A program made the position numbers and the translations under genes. Below, piece after piece: positions 46,609 through 55,831 of a stretch of DNA of 64,000 nt; the stretch's first letter is position 1; every line of letters starts with the position of its first letter. Below the pieces are notes generated by a model that was not told where the DNA came from, did not search any database, and saw only the letters and a program-made list of their open reading frames with translations. Source of the DNA: Pseudomonadales bacterium (lineage in GTDB: Bacteria > Pseudomonadota > Gammaproteobacteria > Pseudomonadales > Halieaceae); assembly GCA_024234675.1 (NCBI GenBank), contig JACKNU010000004.1, positions 21,031 through 85,030 on the forward strand. The letters are read 5' to 3'.

Positions 46609-47454
46609 TCAGGCCAGCGCCCGCCGCACGTAGACATCGAAGCGCACGGCCTTGCCGGCAATGTGGTGGGAGGGCGCAGCCCCCGCGACGGGCGCTGCCC
46701 GGGTCGGGCGTTTCACCACCACTCTGGCGACATCCTGCCCCAGGGCCCAGGCCAGCAGGTCGGCCGCCTCGTGGGGGGCGGTATCACTGTCCAGCAGCAG
46801 CTGTAACAGCGCCATCTCCTTCTTGACCGCCGCGCTCTTGTCGCGCGGTGGAAACATGGGATCAAGGTAAATGACCTCAGCCGGCACCGCCCGGTCCGCA
46901 AACACATCGCGGGCATCCCCGGTCCTCAGCGCCATGCGGCGCGCCACCCGGGCAAGCCAGGCGTCCTCGCTGGCCGCGGCCGCCGTCAAACCCCACTGCA
47001 GTAGCGCCGCTATCACCGGCTCGCGCTCGCAGAGGGTGACACTGCAGCCCATGTCAGCGAGCACGAAGCCGTCCCGGCCCAGCCCGGCGGTGGCGTCCAG
47101 GATGGCTGGCTGCCGGCTGGCGCTGGCCCCCACGGCCCTGCCCAGCAGCTCATTCTGGCCGCCCCGCCGTCGGTGGCGCATCGCGGCGCTGCCGAAGTCG
47201 GCGCTCACGGGCCCGGGCAGCACCGCGCGGCCGCCCCGCCTTCCGGTCTCCGCCGGCGGCGACAGCGCCTGCAGGGACAGCCGGTCGCCATCGACCAGCA
47301 ACACGGCCGCGTAAGCACCGGCGCCTTGCAGGGGCAGATCATTGCCGGGGATCAGGGGCAGGCCCAGTTGCCGGCCCAGCGCCTCCGCGCGGACGCTATC
47401 GGTATCGTGTCTGGCCACCACGGCCAGGACAGCGCGGCCGGGCGTGATAGTCAA
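46609..47454 (-). CDS. rsmJ: 16S rRNA (guanine1516-N2)-methyltransferase
   Basis: DATAGLGRDGFVLA SAM motif and VIYLDPMFP...KKEM.., matching E. coli RsmJ/YhiQ landmarks. The apparent TTG start overlaps the upstream stop, so the start is uncertain. Confidence 0.8.
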   Translation of the reverse strand: MTITPGRAVLAVVARHDTDSVRAEALGRQLGLPLIPGNDLPLQGAGAYAAVLLVDGDRLSLQALSPPAETGRRGGRAVLPGPVSADFGSAAMRHRRRGGQNELLGRAVGASASRQPAILDATAGLGRDGFVLADMGCSVTLCEREPVIAALLQWGLTAAAASEDAWLARVARRMALRTGDARDVFADRAVPAEVIYLDPMFPPRDKSAAVKKEMALLQLLLDSDTAPHEAADLLAWALGQDVARVVVKRPTRAAPVAGAAPSHHIAGKAVRFDVYVRRALA

Positions 47455-48377
47455 CGTTGGACGACAGCCACCGCGGGGGGAAAACTGGCCAGCAATTGCT
47501 GCAGGCGCCTGCAGTTTTCGAGAATCGCATCCATATACAGATTGCGGCCGCCGAAGTGGGTGGCGGCGTGGCGGTGGACGCCGTCGAACTCGCCCTCCAG
47601 GCGCAACTCTATGGCATCGCGGATAAAGTCGGGGGTGGGCTCCAGCAGGTGGTCACGCGAGTGGTAGACCTTGCCCGTGTGGTGCGCCCGGGCGCCCTCA
47701 CCGGCCATGCCCCCGATCTCGAATTCCTCGTACAGGTGATCCCGGCACTTGGTGACGTAATTGACATCGGCCATCTGGGCGATGAGATCCGCCGTCCCCA
47801 GCAGGGTGCCCAGGCGCTGTTCCCGCCCGTCGGCCACGGCCAGCGTCCGCGTGTCGCGCTCGTAGCCGGTGAAATGCACTATCCGCCTGCAGGTACCCGC
47901 CATGTGCTGCAGCCCCACGGCGGGCAGGTACTCGGACATGAACCGCTCGCTGCGACTGACGTGAATCCGGGTGTAGGCCGCGCCATTCTTGTTGCGGGTA
48001 TCGCGGGTACGCCGGATATAGCCCGAATCGTGAAACAGGGCAGCGGCCACACCGGCCAGCGCCAGTTCGGGACCCAGGGCACCCGGCGCCTCGGGCCGAT
48101 GCTCGTGGCCATCCAGCAGGCGCGCCATGGCGAGGGTGACGTCCAGCACGTGTTGGGCATCGTGATACTTGATATCACAGGCCCTGAAGCCGGGAAACTC
48201 GCCCGCGTAGAGGGCGGTGAAATCCCGGAACAGTACCTGCAGGGGCGAGAAGTCGAAGCCGGGGTACCGGCTCTCCAGAATGGCGCGCACCTCGGCCTCG
48301 ACAATGACCGGATCGGTCACGTCCACCGTGTTGCTGACATCCATATGAGCCGGGCGATCCGGCTGCGGCAACGGCAT
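47451..48377 (-). CDS. HD-domain phosphohydrolase, possible phosphodiesterase
   Basis: YHDAQHVLDV ... (about 35 aa) ... AALFHDSGY ... GTADLIAQMAD gives an H..HD..D metal-ligand pattern. The spacing resembles the class I PDE arrangement YHNxxHAxDV...HDxxH. Confidence 0.65.
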   Translation of the reverse strand: MPLPQPDRPAHMDVSNTVDVTDPVIVEAEVRAILESRYPGFDFSPLQVLFRDFTALYAGEFPGFRACDIKYHDAQHVLDVTLAMARLLDGHEHRPEAPGALGPELALAGVAAALFHDSGYIRRTRDTRNKNGAAYTRIHVSRSERFMSEYLPAVGLQHMAGTCRRIVHFTGYERDTRTLAVADGREQRLGTLLGTADLIAQMADVNYVTKCRDHLYEEFEIGGMAGEGARAHHTGKVYHSRDHLLEPTPDFIRDAIELRLEGEFDGVHRHAATHFGGRNLYMDAILENCRRLQQLLASFPPAVAVVQR

Positions 48378-48384
48378 TGTATGG

Positions 48385-49725
48385 TCAGTCCTCAGTCATC
48401 GCCTTGACGCTGCGCTTGCGCAACATACTGGCGAGGTCATCGATCATCTCCTCGGCGCTGGGTGCCGCGGTGCGCTGGCCCGGGTCGCTGCCAGCCTCGG
48501 GGGCGCTGGAGGGCTTGTGCGGCAGTTTGCTGCCATCCAGGCCCAGGGACAGTTTCTGTCCTTCAAGTTCCATCTGTATCTGCAGGTTATAGGCGTGACG
48601 GGACAGCCCGTGCTTATCGACAATACGAAAACGCCGCGGTCCCGGCTTGACGGCTTCCCCGTCACCACCGCTGAGAAAACAGGCCATGGAGCTGATGGAC
48701 TTGCCGGACAACTGGGTGCCCTGTATGGCCCCCAGGTCACGATTACAGGCGCTGACGAAGGCCGGGGCGGAGATCATCGGCGCCGCCTTGATGGGGGAGC
48801 GCCCTTCCTCTCCACCCTGCCAGGCCGGGCTTTCGCAATTGAAGTCACCGACCAGAATCTGGCCGGGCTGGGCCAGGTCCACCATCCGCGCCAGCTCGAT
48901 GGTGACATCGCCCACGATGTAACTGAACACCGTGGGGTTCACCCCCTCGGCCTGGTACAGCTCGTAATGCCCGCCAATGTGGTAGCCGGTGCGGATCAGG
49001 GGGACCGTATGGCCCTTGGAAGCGGCCCGGGCCACGGCGTTGTCCGCCACCACCAGCAGCATGAAGTAGAACAGGTCACGGTTGGCAGCGGGGCCGATAT
49101 CCCGATTCCAGATATAGTAACCGTCACCGGTGGTGGTGCGGGCGAAATTGACCTCGATACCGTTGGCGAGCAGCTTGTTGTAGGCCGAATTGAGCGAGTA
49201 GGACAGGCTGTTCAGCTGGCTAGCCTGCTCGAAGGGCGTGTGCAGGGAGAACTCGACGATATCCAGCAGCAACACCGCCCGGCTTTCCACATAGCTGAGG
49301 CCGTAACGCTTGATCAACTGCTCCACCGCCTGCAGGACATTGCGTTCCTCGGCCAGGGCGGTATTGAGCTTGATGAACGTGGGCGCGACGTCCAGCCGGT
49401 CACTGATTTCAAACAACTGGTCACGGGTCTTGCGCCGGCGTCCGGAGATCAGCCCGCGGATAAAGGCCTCATTGTCCTGATCGCCGCTGGTCACCGCGTC
49501 GCCAGCGGCGCAGAAATTACCCAGGAAGTAGTGCGGCACAAATATGACCAGCACCCCGCGCTCATCCGCGCTCCAGCACAGCACGATGTTCTGGCCCAGG
49601 CGCCACTGGCGCCGCAGGGTGTGCTCCAGGGTTTTCAGGTTGCCTCGCTGGACAATACTGAGAGATTTCGTGTCTTCCTGCGCATCGTGCCCTTCCCGCT
49701 TCTCCGGATTGTGGGTATTGTCCAT
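48385..49725 (-). CDS. divergent class III nucleotidyl cyclase-like domain protein
   Basis: In the 446-aa protein, about aa 140-300 align by eye to the cyclase homology domain: AVLLLDIVEFS (beta1 Asp), ARTTGDGYYIW (second Asp), IRTGYHIGGH and YIVGDVTIELARMVDLAQPGQILV. The N- and C-terminal regions are unassigned. Confidence 0.55.
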   Translation of the reverse strand: MDNTHNPEKREGHDAQEDTKSLSIVQRGNLKTLEHTLRRQWRLGQNIVLCWSADERGVLVIFVPHYFLGNFCAAGDAVTSGDQDNEAFIRGLISGRRRKTRDQLFEISDRLDVAPTFIKLNTALAEERNVLQAVEQLIKRYGLSYVESRAVLLLDIVEFSLHTPFEQASQLNSLSYSLNSAYNKLLANGIEVNFARTTTGDGYYIWNRDIGPAANRDLFYFMLLVVADNAVARAASKGHTVPLIRTGYHIGGHYELYQAEGVNPTVFSYIVGDVTIELARMVDLAQPGQILVGDFNCESPAWQGGEEGRSPIKAAPMISAPAFVSACNRDLGAIQGTQLSGKSISSMACFLSGGDGEAVKPGPRRFRIVDKHGLSRHAYNLQIQMELEGQKLSLGLDGSKLPHKPSSAPEAGSDPGQRTAAPSAEEMIDDLASMLRKRSVKAMTED

Positions 49726-49853
49726 TTGCCTACTCGTTTTTATCAGCCCGAAACGCTAGCATTATAGGCTCACCCCGCCACAGGCGGCTACATAGCCCGC
49801 GGAGCGTGCGACTACCCGCTTGCGCGCCGCGCCGTCACTGAGTCGACAGCCCT

Positions 49854-50354
49854 ATGATTCGCGCCCTTTCAGCCATCCCTGCCAGTCTGCTAGTGCTCGC
49901 GCTGGGCGCCTGCGGCAACTACGACTTCACCATCAATGACAGGGTCGTTTACACGCCGGACCCGCTGTTTACCGATTTCGACATCCCCGATCCCGGCCTG
50001 CGCAAGTGCGTGGAGCAGGCCATCAACGACAATCTCGTCACCTCCGCCAGCGGCCTGGCCGGTGTCAGCTGCACCAATGCCGGCATTGCCAGCCTGGCTG
50101 GCCTGTCCACCTTTACCCAGATCGAGCAGCTGACCCTGTCGGACAACAGCATCAGCGATATCAGTGAGCTGGAATCGCTGACGGTGCTGCAGGTGCTGTA
50201 TCTCGATAACAACCAGGTCGTCGACGCCGTACCGCTGTACCAGTTGCCGGCCCTGCGCCTGGTGGACCTGACGGGCAATCCCGGCCTGCGCTGCCCGGCC
50301 AGCGGCAGCCTGCTGCGGGTGGGGTCGATCGCCCTGCCGCGCCACTGCCTCTGA
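49854..50354 (+). CDS. leucine-rich-repeat lipoprotein
   Basis: Lipobox LALGAC, followed by three 22-residue LRRs (LTLSDNSISDISELESLTVLQVLYLDNNQVVDAVPLYQLPALRLVDLTGNP). Confidence 0.7.
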   Translation: MIRALSAIPASLLVLALGACGNYDFTINDRVVYTPDPLFTDFDIPDPGLRKCVEQAINDNLVTSASGLAGVSCTNAGIASLAGLSTFTQIEQLTLSDNSISDISELESLTVLQVLYLDNNQVVDAVPLYQLPALRLVDLTGNPGLRCPASGSLLRVGSIALPRHCL

Positions 50355-50394
50355 GATGCCGGCACCCACTCCCGCCAGGCGACTCTATTAGCCC

Positions 50395-51249
50395 ATGTTC
50401 TATCGCCTGCTGAGTTGCCTGCCCCTGCCGCTGCTGTACCCCCTGGGCTGGCCCTGCTACCTGCTGCTTTACCATGTCGCAGGCTATCGCAAAGCCACTG
50501 TCCGGCAGAACCTCCGCCAGGCTTTTCCGGAGCAAAGCGAGAAAGAGATCACAGTTCTGGCAAAGAAATTCTACCGGCAGCTGGTGGATGTGGCCCTGGA
50601 GATCGTCAGGACACGGCGCATGAGCGCGGCAGAGCTGCGCCGCCGCGTGACGGTCAGCAATGGCGAGCTGCTGCAGCGCTACACCGGGGATGCCCGGCAA
50701 CCCGTCATCGTATTGACCATTCACCAGGGTAACTGGGAGTGGATGCTGCACGGTGTGAGCCTGGCGCTGGATGTGCCGATAGACCCGGTCTACAAGCCGC
50801 TGCACAACCCCGCCATGGACCGCCTGATGCTGGAAATCCGCAGCCGTTTCGGCGCCCGCCCCATTCCCATGGCGAGCGCCCCGCGCGACATCCTGCGCCG
50901 CCGCCGGGAGTTCCGCCTGTTCGTGATGGTCGCCGACCAGGCTCCGATCCGCCGCGAGCGCAGCTACTGGACCACCTTCCTCAACGCCGAGGCGGCTTTC
51001 TACGAGGGCCCCGAGGCCATAGCGAGGCTGACAGACTACCCGGTGCTGTTCGCCCGCTGCCGGCGTCGCGCCAGGGGCTACTACGAAGTGACCTTCGAGG
51101 AAGTGGCGCGCCCGCCCTACCCCAGGGACGCCCATCCGGTGATCGACAATTATGTGCGCCTGGCGGAACAGGCCATACACGAGGAGCCGCAAAGCTGGCT
51201 GTGGAGCAACCGGCGCTGGAAGCGCGAGCGCCGCCGGGAGGGCGACTAA
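50395..51249 (+). CDS. lysophospholipid / lipid A acyltransferase (LpxL/HtrB family)
   Basis: 284 aa with the family motif HQGNWEW and the N-terminal pattern YR.K....NL..AFPE. Confidence 0.75.
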   Translation: MFYRLLSCLPLPLLYPLGWPCYLLLYHVAGYRKATVRQNLRQAFPEQSEKEITVLAKKFYRQLVDVALEIVRTRRMSAAELRRRVTVSNGELLQRYTGDARQPVIVLTIHQGNWEWMLHGVSLALDVPIDPVYKPLHNPAMDRLMLEIRSRFGARPIPMASAPRDILRRRREFRLFVMVADQAPIRRERSYWTTFLNAEAAFYEGPEAIARLTDYPVLFARCRRRARGYYEVTFEEVARPPYPRDAHPVIDNYVRLAEQAIHEEPQSWLWSNRRWKRERRREGD

Positions 51250-52004
51250 CCCACTGCCAGCCAGTCGAAACCGCCGGCCTGTTCGGCCCAGACCACCCCT
51301 TCCAGGCTATCCAGCACCGACAGCAGGGCCTCTTCGGCTCTTTGCCGCGAGTTGTTGTTCTCGCTGACATGGGCGACCACCAACTGGCCCGGGCGGCCCG
51401 CGCCAAGGTCCCGCAGCAACTGCGCGGCCTGCAAGTTGTTGAGATGTCCCCAATCCCCGCCGACCCGGCGCTTCAGCGCCGGCGGGTAGGACCCCGCCTG
51501 CAACATTGGCAGGTCGTGGTTGAACTCCAGCAACAGGCTGTGACAGTCACGGTAATTGTCCAGTACATGCGGCGTGATGCTGCCCAGATCGGTGAGTATG
51601 CCCAGGCTGCGCCCCCCCGAGGACAGGCGGTACTGGCAGGGCTCCGCCGCGTCGTGGGGCACGGTGACCGCCTTCACCTGCAGGGAGCCGATGGCAAAAC
51701 TGTCCTCGCTGTTGAAGCACAGCAGGCTGTGACTGCCGTCACAGCGACCGGTGCCGGCAGTGCCGTGGGTGAGGTAAACCGGTATCTGGAAGCGGCGGGA
51801 CAGGCTCGCCACCCCCGCGCAGTGATCCGAATGCTCGTGGGTAACCAGGATGGCATCGATCTGCTCGGGCTGCACGTCCAGCGCCGCCAGGCGGCGCGTG
51901 GTCTCGCGCATGGAAAAGCCGCAATCGACCATCAGCAGGGTGTCTGCCGAGCGCACCAGGGTGGCGTTGCCTTTGCTGCCGGACCCCAGTGACGCGAACC
52001 ACAT
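51246..52004 (-). CDS. MBL-fold metallo-hydrolase
   Basis: THEHSDH (HxHxDH) motif in a 252-aa ORF. Confidence 0.85.
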   Translation of the reverse strand: MWFASLGSGSKGNATLVRSADTLLMVDCGFSMRETTRRLAALDVQPEQIDAILVTHEHSDHCAGVASLSRRFQIPVYLTHGTAGTGRCDGSHSLLCFNSEDSFAIGSLQVKAVTVPHDAAEPCQYRLSSGGRSLGILTDLGSITPHVLDNYRDCHSLLLEFNHDLPMLQAGSYPPALKRRVGGDWGHLNNLQAAQLLRDLGAGRPGQLVVAHVSENNNSRQRAEEALLSVLDSLEGVVWAEQAGGFDWLAVG

Positions 52005-52025
52005 CAGAATCAGCGCCCCGGCGAA

Positions 52026-53096
52026 TTAGTCGATGTTGCCCTTGATCAGCGCCAGCAGCGCCTGCTCATCGCGTTTCTCAACCACCGGCGGCTCTGCTCC
52101 CGCCTCGGCGGGCTGGGGTTTTATCCGGATGGCGACATCCCGGGTGTCCAGGGACTGCACCGACACGATGAACAACTGTCCGGCCAGGGGATGATCGCTG
52201 TCGCTGCCCAGCAACCAGTCGAACCAGCCGTCATCCTCTTCGCTCTGGGGCCCGAGGAAGCGCACATAATACTGGCCGGCACTGCGGTCGCGGTCGGTGA
52301 TCTCAAAGCTGGACTCTTCCACCGCGCGCCCCACCGACGCCCAGGCGCGATCGTAGGGCAGGCTGAGGCGAATGTAGATGTCTTCGCCGGGCCCCTCCTG
52401 CATGGAGATCTTGCCGGCGGCGCTGATGGCCTGGTCAGCGACCATGGACACCGGGGTGGAGTCCGCACTGTTGGCGATGAACTGGGCCACCGAGCGCAGC
52501 ATCTCGTTTTCCAGCGCCAGGTCGCTGGACTGCACCGGCCAGTCGTCCACGTCGCCGACCTGGTTCATCTGCAGCACGTGCAGTTCACTGGTGCCGCGCT
52601 GGACACCCTGGTCTATGCGAAACCGGAAGCGGCTGGCCATGGGTTGCCCCTCCAGGGATATCCAGCCCGTCTCGATGAGACCCGCGCGGGCGTCCACCCG
52701 GCCGACAGGTATCTCCGAGGCGGACAGGAAACTGCGCACCTGCGGCCACACCTGGCCGGGGGCGGTGTTGACCAGCGCCCAGCTCTCATCGCCAAGCTTC
52801 TGGATGCGCACCTGCTCGTCCTGGGCACCCGCGACCAGGGGGGCCGGCCGCGGCACTTCGAATTCACCGGCCAGCAACAGGTTGTCGGTGATGGGCGGAA
52901 TCGGGTAAATCTCTCCCAGGGTTTCACTGTCGGCGCCCTCGGGCACCGCCAGGACGGGTACCTCCCGGGCCTTCTTGTAATCCTCGGACTTGTCGCGGAA
53001 GACGCCCTTGTCACCAAACAGGTAGCCACAGCCCGAACACAGGGACAACAGCAGCCCCAGGCACAGCGCTCGCGACAAGCCGACCGAGTACGTCAT
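52026..53096 (-). CDS. bamC: outer membrane protein assembly factor BamC (NlpB)
   Basis: Start at MTYSVGLSRALCLGLLLSLCSGC (lipoprotein signal). The ATG overlaps the dapA stop by 1 nt, giving the conserved dapA-bamC pair. Confidence 0.75.
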   Translation of the reverse strand: MTYSVGLSRALCLGLLLSLCSGCGYLFGDKGVFRDKSEDYKKAREVPVLAVPEGADSETLGEIYPIPPITDNLLLAGEFEVPRPAPLVAGAQDEQVRIQKLGDESWALVNTAPGQVWPQVRSFLSASEIPVGRVDARAGLIETGWISLEGQPMASRFRFRIDQGVQRGTSELHVLQMNQVGDVDDWPVQSSDLALENEMLRSVAQFIANSADSTPVSMVADQAISAAGKISMQEGPGEDIYIRLSLPYDRAWASVGRAVEESSFEITDRDRSAGQYYVRFLGPQSEEDDGWFDWLLGSDSDHPLAGQLFIVSVQSLDTRDVAIRIKPQPAEAGAEPPVVEKRDEQALLALIKGNID

Positions 53097-53968
53097 CAGA
53101 TTCCCGCCGCCTCCATGGCCGCCAGCACCTCGCCGCGATAGTTCGGGTCCAGCTCCGTGAGCGGCAGGCGTATGCCCCCCTCGATGAGGCCGCGCCGGTA
53201 CATGGCCCACTTCACGGGAATGGGGTTGGCCTCCAGAAACAGGGCGGCGTTCAGGGGCTTCAACAGGTCGTTGAGCTCGCTGGCAGCTATCCGCTCGCCG
53301 GCCAGCGCCAGGCGGCACAACTCGGCCATCTGCGCCGGCGCCAGGTTGGCCGTTACCGAGATGTTGCCGCGGCCACCGGCCAGCATGAGTTCCATGGCGG
53401 TGGGATCGTCGCCGGAGTAGATCGCGATTTGTTCGCCGCACAGGGCGATGAGCTCACGGCCCCGCTGCAGGTCGCCGGTGGCGTCCTTGATACCGACTAT
53501 GTTGTCCAGCCCCGCCAGCCTGGCGACCGTTTCATTGGTCATGTCCACGCAGGTGCGGCCGGGAACGTTGTAGAGTATCTGGGGGATGTCCACCGCTTCG
53601 GCCAGCGCCTTGAAGTGCTCAAAAAGGCCCCGCTGGGTCGGGCGGTTGTAATAGGGTGTCACCAGCAGGGCGGCGTCGGCTCCCGCCTCCGCCGCGGCCC
53701 GGGTGAGCTCTATGGCCTCGCGGGTAGAATTGGAGCCGGTACCGGCTATGATCGGCAGGCGCCCATTCATGTAATCCACACAGCGCCTGATGACCTCGCA
53801 GTGCTCCTCTACGCTCAGGGTCGCGCTTTCACCCGTGGTGCCCACCGCCCCGATGGCGCTGGTGCCCGCCTCCAGGTGCATGTCCAGCAGGCGCTCGAGG
53901 CTGGCCCAGTCGACACTGCCATCGGCGTGCATGGGCGTAACCAGGGCGACGATACTGCCGGTAATCAT
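53096..53968 (-). CDS. dapA: 4-hydroxy-tetrahydrodipicolinate synthase
   Basis: Start at MITGSIVALVTPM (53968), with GTTGESATLS and YNVPGRT motifs. Confidence 0.93.
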   Translation of the reverse strand: MITGSIVALVTPMHADGSVDWASLERLLDMHLEAGTSAIGAVGTTGESATLSVEEHCEVIRRCVDYMNGRLPIIAGTGSNSTREAIELTRAAAEAGADAALLVTPYYNRPTQRGLFEHFKALAEAVDIPQILYNVPGRTCVDMTNETVARLAGLDNIVGIKDATGDLQRGRELIALCGEQIAIYSGDDPTAMELMLAGGRGNISVTANLAPAQMAELCRLALAGERIAASELNDLLKPLNAALFLEANPIPVKWAMYRRGLIEGGIRLPLTELDPNYRGEVLAAMEAAGI

Positions 53969-54121
53969 GGGTAATCTCCGAATTGGTCGCGGGTCGGGAG
54001 GTAAAATTCCCAGCGGGCCCGGGGGAAGTCCGCCATTATCCATGACAGCGGCCGTAAGACAACCAAATTGGGCTAAAATAGAGTCGTGACGGACCACCCC
54101 AGGGACCGCGGGAAGAGCTGC

Positions 54122-54637
54122 ATGGGCATGAACAACATTCGATCGCATATCACGGTATTACTGACCCTGGCGCTACTGCTGCCCGCCCTGCGGGTCGCGG
54201 CCGCCGGCGAGGCGCGCATCAGCGAGCTGTCCTATCTGGACAGGCAGTACATGAGCCAGCAGCGCGAGCTTATAGGCGATCTGGCGGCCCTGGAACTGGG
54301 ACGGCGCTTCAACGGCAACGCGGACAACGATCTGGAGATTCTCCAGCTGTTGCTGGACCGCCACCTGGTCCGCTCCGACCAGACCCGGGAACTGCAGGCC
54401 ATGGGTATCATCATGGGCGACCTGCTGGCGGCAGACCTGGGCATGGACTGGGTGGTCTATGAGGATTCGCAAGGCCGCAGCCGGGCCCTGCGTTACCGGC
54501 AGAGCGACGAATACCTGTTTCCGGTTACCATGATTTCCAGGCGCCGGGAGGTCGGCAACCAGACCCCGGTGCCGGTCATTTACCAGAAGGCCCGGGGCAT
54601 CATCGCACCCCTGTTGCCGGCGCAGCCCTTTCAGTAG
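54122..54637 (+). CDS. secreted hypothetical protein (possibly DUF3806-like)
   Basis: Signal peptide MGMNNIRSHITVLLTLALLLPALRVAAAG. No catalytic motif recognised. The family assignment is from memory only. Confidence 0.5.
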   Translation: MGMNNIRSHITVLLTLALLLPALRVAAAGEARISELSYLDRQYMSQQRELIGDLAALELGRRFNGNADNDLEILQLLLDRHLVRSDQTRELQAMGIIMGDLLAADLGMDWVVYEDSQGRSRALRYRQSDEYLFPVTMISRRREVGNQTPVPVIYQKARGIIAPLLPAQPFQ

Positions 54638-54700
54638 CGCTTGGCGTTTCCGCGCGGAAGCCGATACACTGCCGGCACCGAAGCGCAACCTGTCACAGCC

Positions 54701-55831
54701 ATGACCGACAAGCCCGCGGGCTTCAACCTCATTCACCATGCTGACAAGCAGTCCTGCCTGGAATTGTCCGGGGACTGGGTGCAGGGCTGCGCCGCAGCTG
54801 ACTTTGACGGGCTGTGCGCCACCCTGGAGGCACAGGCCAGCAGCGAGCTGGTGGTGGATGGCGCGTCCCTGGGGCAGTGGGATTCCACACTCATGGCCTT
54901 CCTGCTGCAATGCCACGCCTACTGCCGGCGGGAGCAGCTGGCGTTTTCCGCCCGCAACCTGCCCGACAGCGCCGGCAAGCTACTGGCGCTGGCCACCGCG
55001 GTGGACGCCCATACCCCGCCGCAACCGCCACGCACCCCGGCGCTGGCGAGTTTGAACCCGCTGCGCCTGCTTGCCATGGTCCGCGACCGGCTCGCGGAAT
55101 CCATGGCCTTCATCGGCGAATTATCGGTTGCACTGGCGCGGCTGGTGACGGGCAGGTCCAATACCCGCTTCGTGGATTTTCGCCATTTCTGCTATCAGGC
55201 GGGCCCTGACGCTTTCGCCATCATCAGCCTGACCAGCGTGCTGGTGGGCATGATCCTGGCCTACCTGGGCGCGGTCCAGCTGCAGCAGTTCGGCGCCGGG
55301 CTGTACGTGGCCAACCTGGTCACCATCGGCATGCTGCGGGAAATGGGAGTGCTGATGACGGCGGTGGTGATGGCGGGGCGCACGGGGGCCGCCTATGCCG
55401 CGCAGCTGGGCACCATGCAGACCAACGAGGAGATCGACGCCATCACCACCATGGGCATCTCTCCCGTGGAATTCCTCGTGGTGCCGCGCATCCTGGCGCT
55501 GATCGTGGTCATGCCCCTGCTGACGCTCTACGCCGATCTGCTGGGTATCGTGGGCGGCGGCCTCGTTGCCGGCGGCATGGGCATTACGCCGCTGCAGTAC
55601 ATCAGCCAGAGCGAGCTCTCCATCAAGCTGAGTCACCTCTCGGTGGGCCTGATCAAGAGCGTGGTCTTCGCCATCCTGATCGCCGTGGCGGGCTGCCGGG
55701 CGGGCATCAACTCCGGCCGCAGTTCCGCCGCCGTGGGACAGGCCGCCACCGAGGCGGTGGTCACCGCCATCGTCTACCTGATCATCGCCGATGCCGCCAT
55801 CAACATCCTCTTCCAGCAGATAAAATTCTGA
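54701..55831 (+). CDS. MlaE-family ABC transporter permease with N-terminal STAS-like domain
   Basis: About 110 soluble N-terminal residues, then a polytopic MlaE-like region (EIDAITTMGISPVEFLVVPR). ATG 54701 is preferred over TTG 54641. Confidence 0.75.
   Translation: MTDKPAGFNLIHHADKQSCLELSGDWVQGCAAADFDGLCATLEAQASSELVVDGASLGQWDSTLMAFLLQCHAYCRREQLAFSARNLPDSAGKLLALATAVDAHTPPQPPRTPALASLNPLRLLAMVRDRLAESMAFIGELSVALARLVTGRSNTRFVDFRHFCYQAGPDAFAIISLTSVLVGMILAYLGAVQLQQFGAGLYVANLVTIGMLREMGVLMTAVVMAGRTGAAYAAQLGTMQTNEEIDAITTMGISPVEFLVVPRILALIVVMPLLTLYADLLGIVGGGLVAGGMGITPLQYISQSELSIKLSHLSVGLIKSVVFAILIAVAGCRAGINSGRSSAAVGQAATEAVVTAIVYLIIADAAINILFQQIKF

Noticed and set aside
47451-49725. Classifying the cyclase-like/HD pair as a known anti-phage system (Pycsar, CBASS, Thoeris)
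   Set aside because: There is no cNMP-binding, TIR, patatin, TM-effector or CD-NTase-like partner in the neighbourhood. The locus lies in core-genome context and is translationally linked to rsmJ. It is kept as an unclassified signalling candidate instead.
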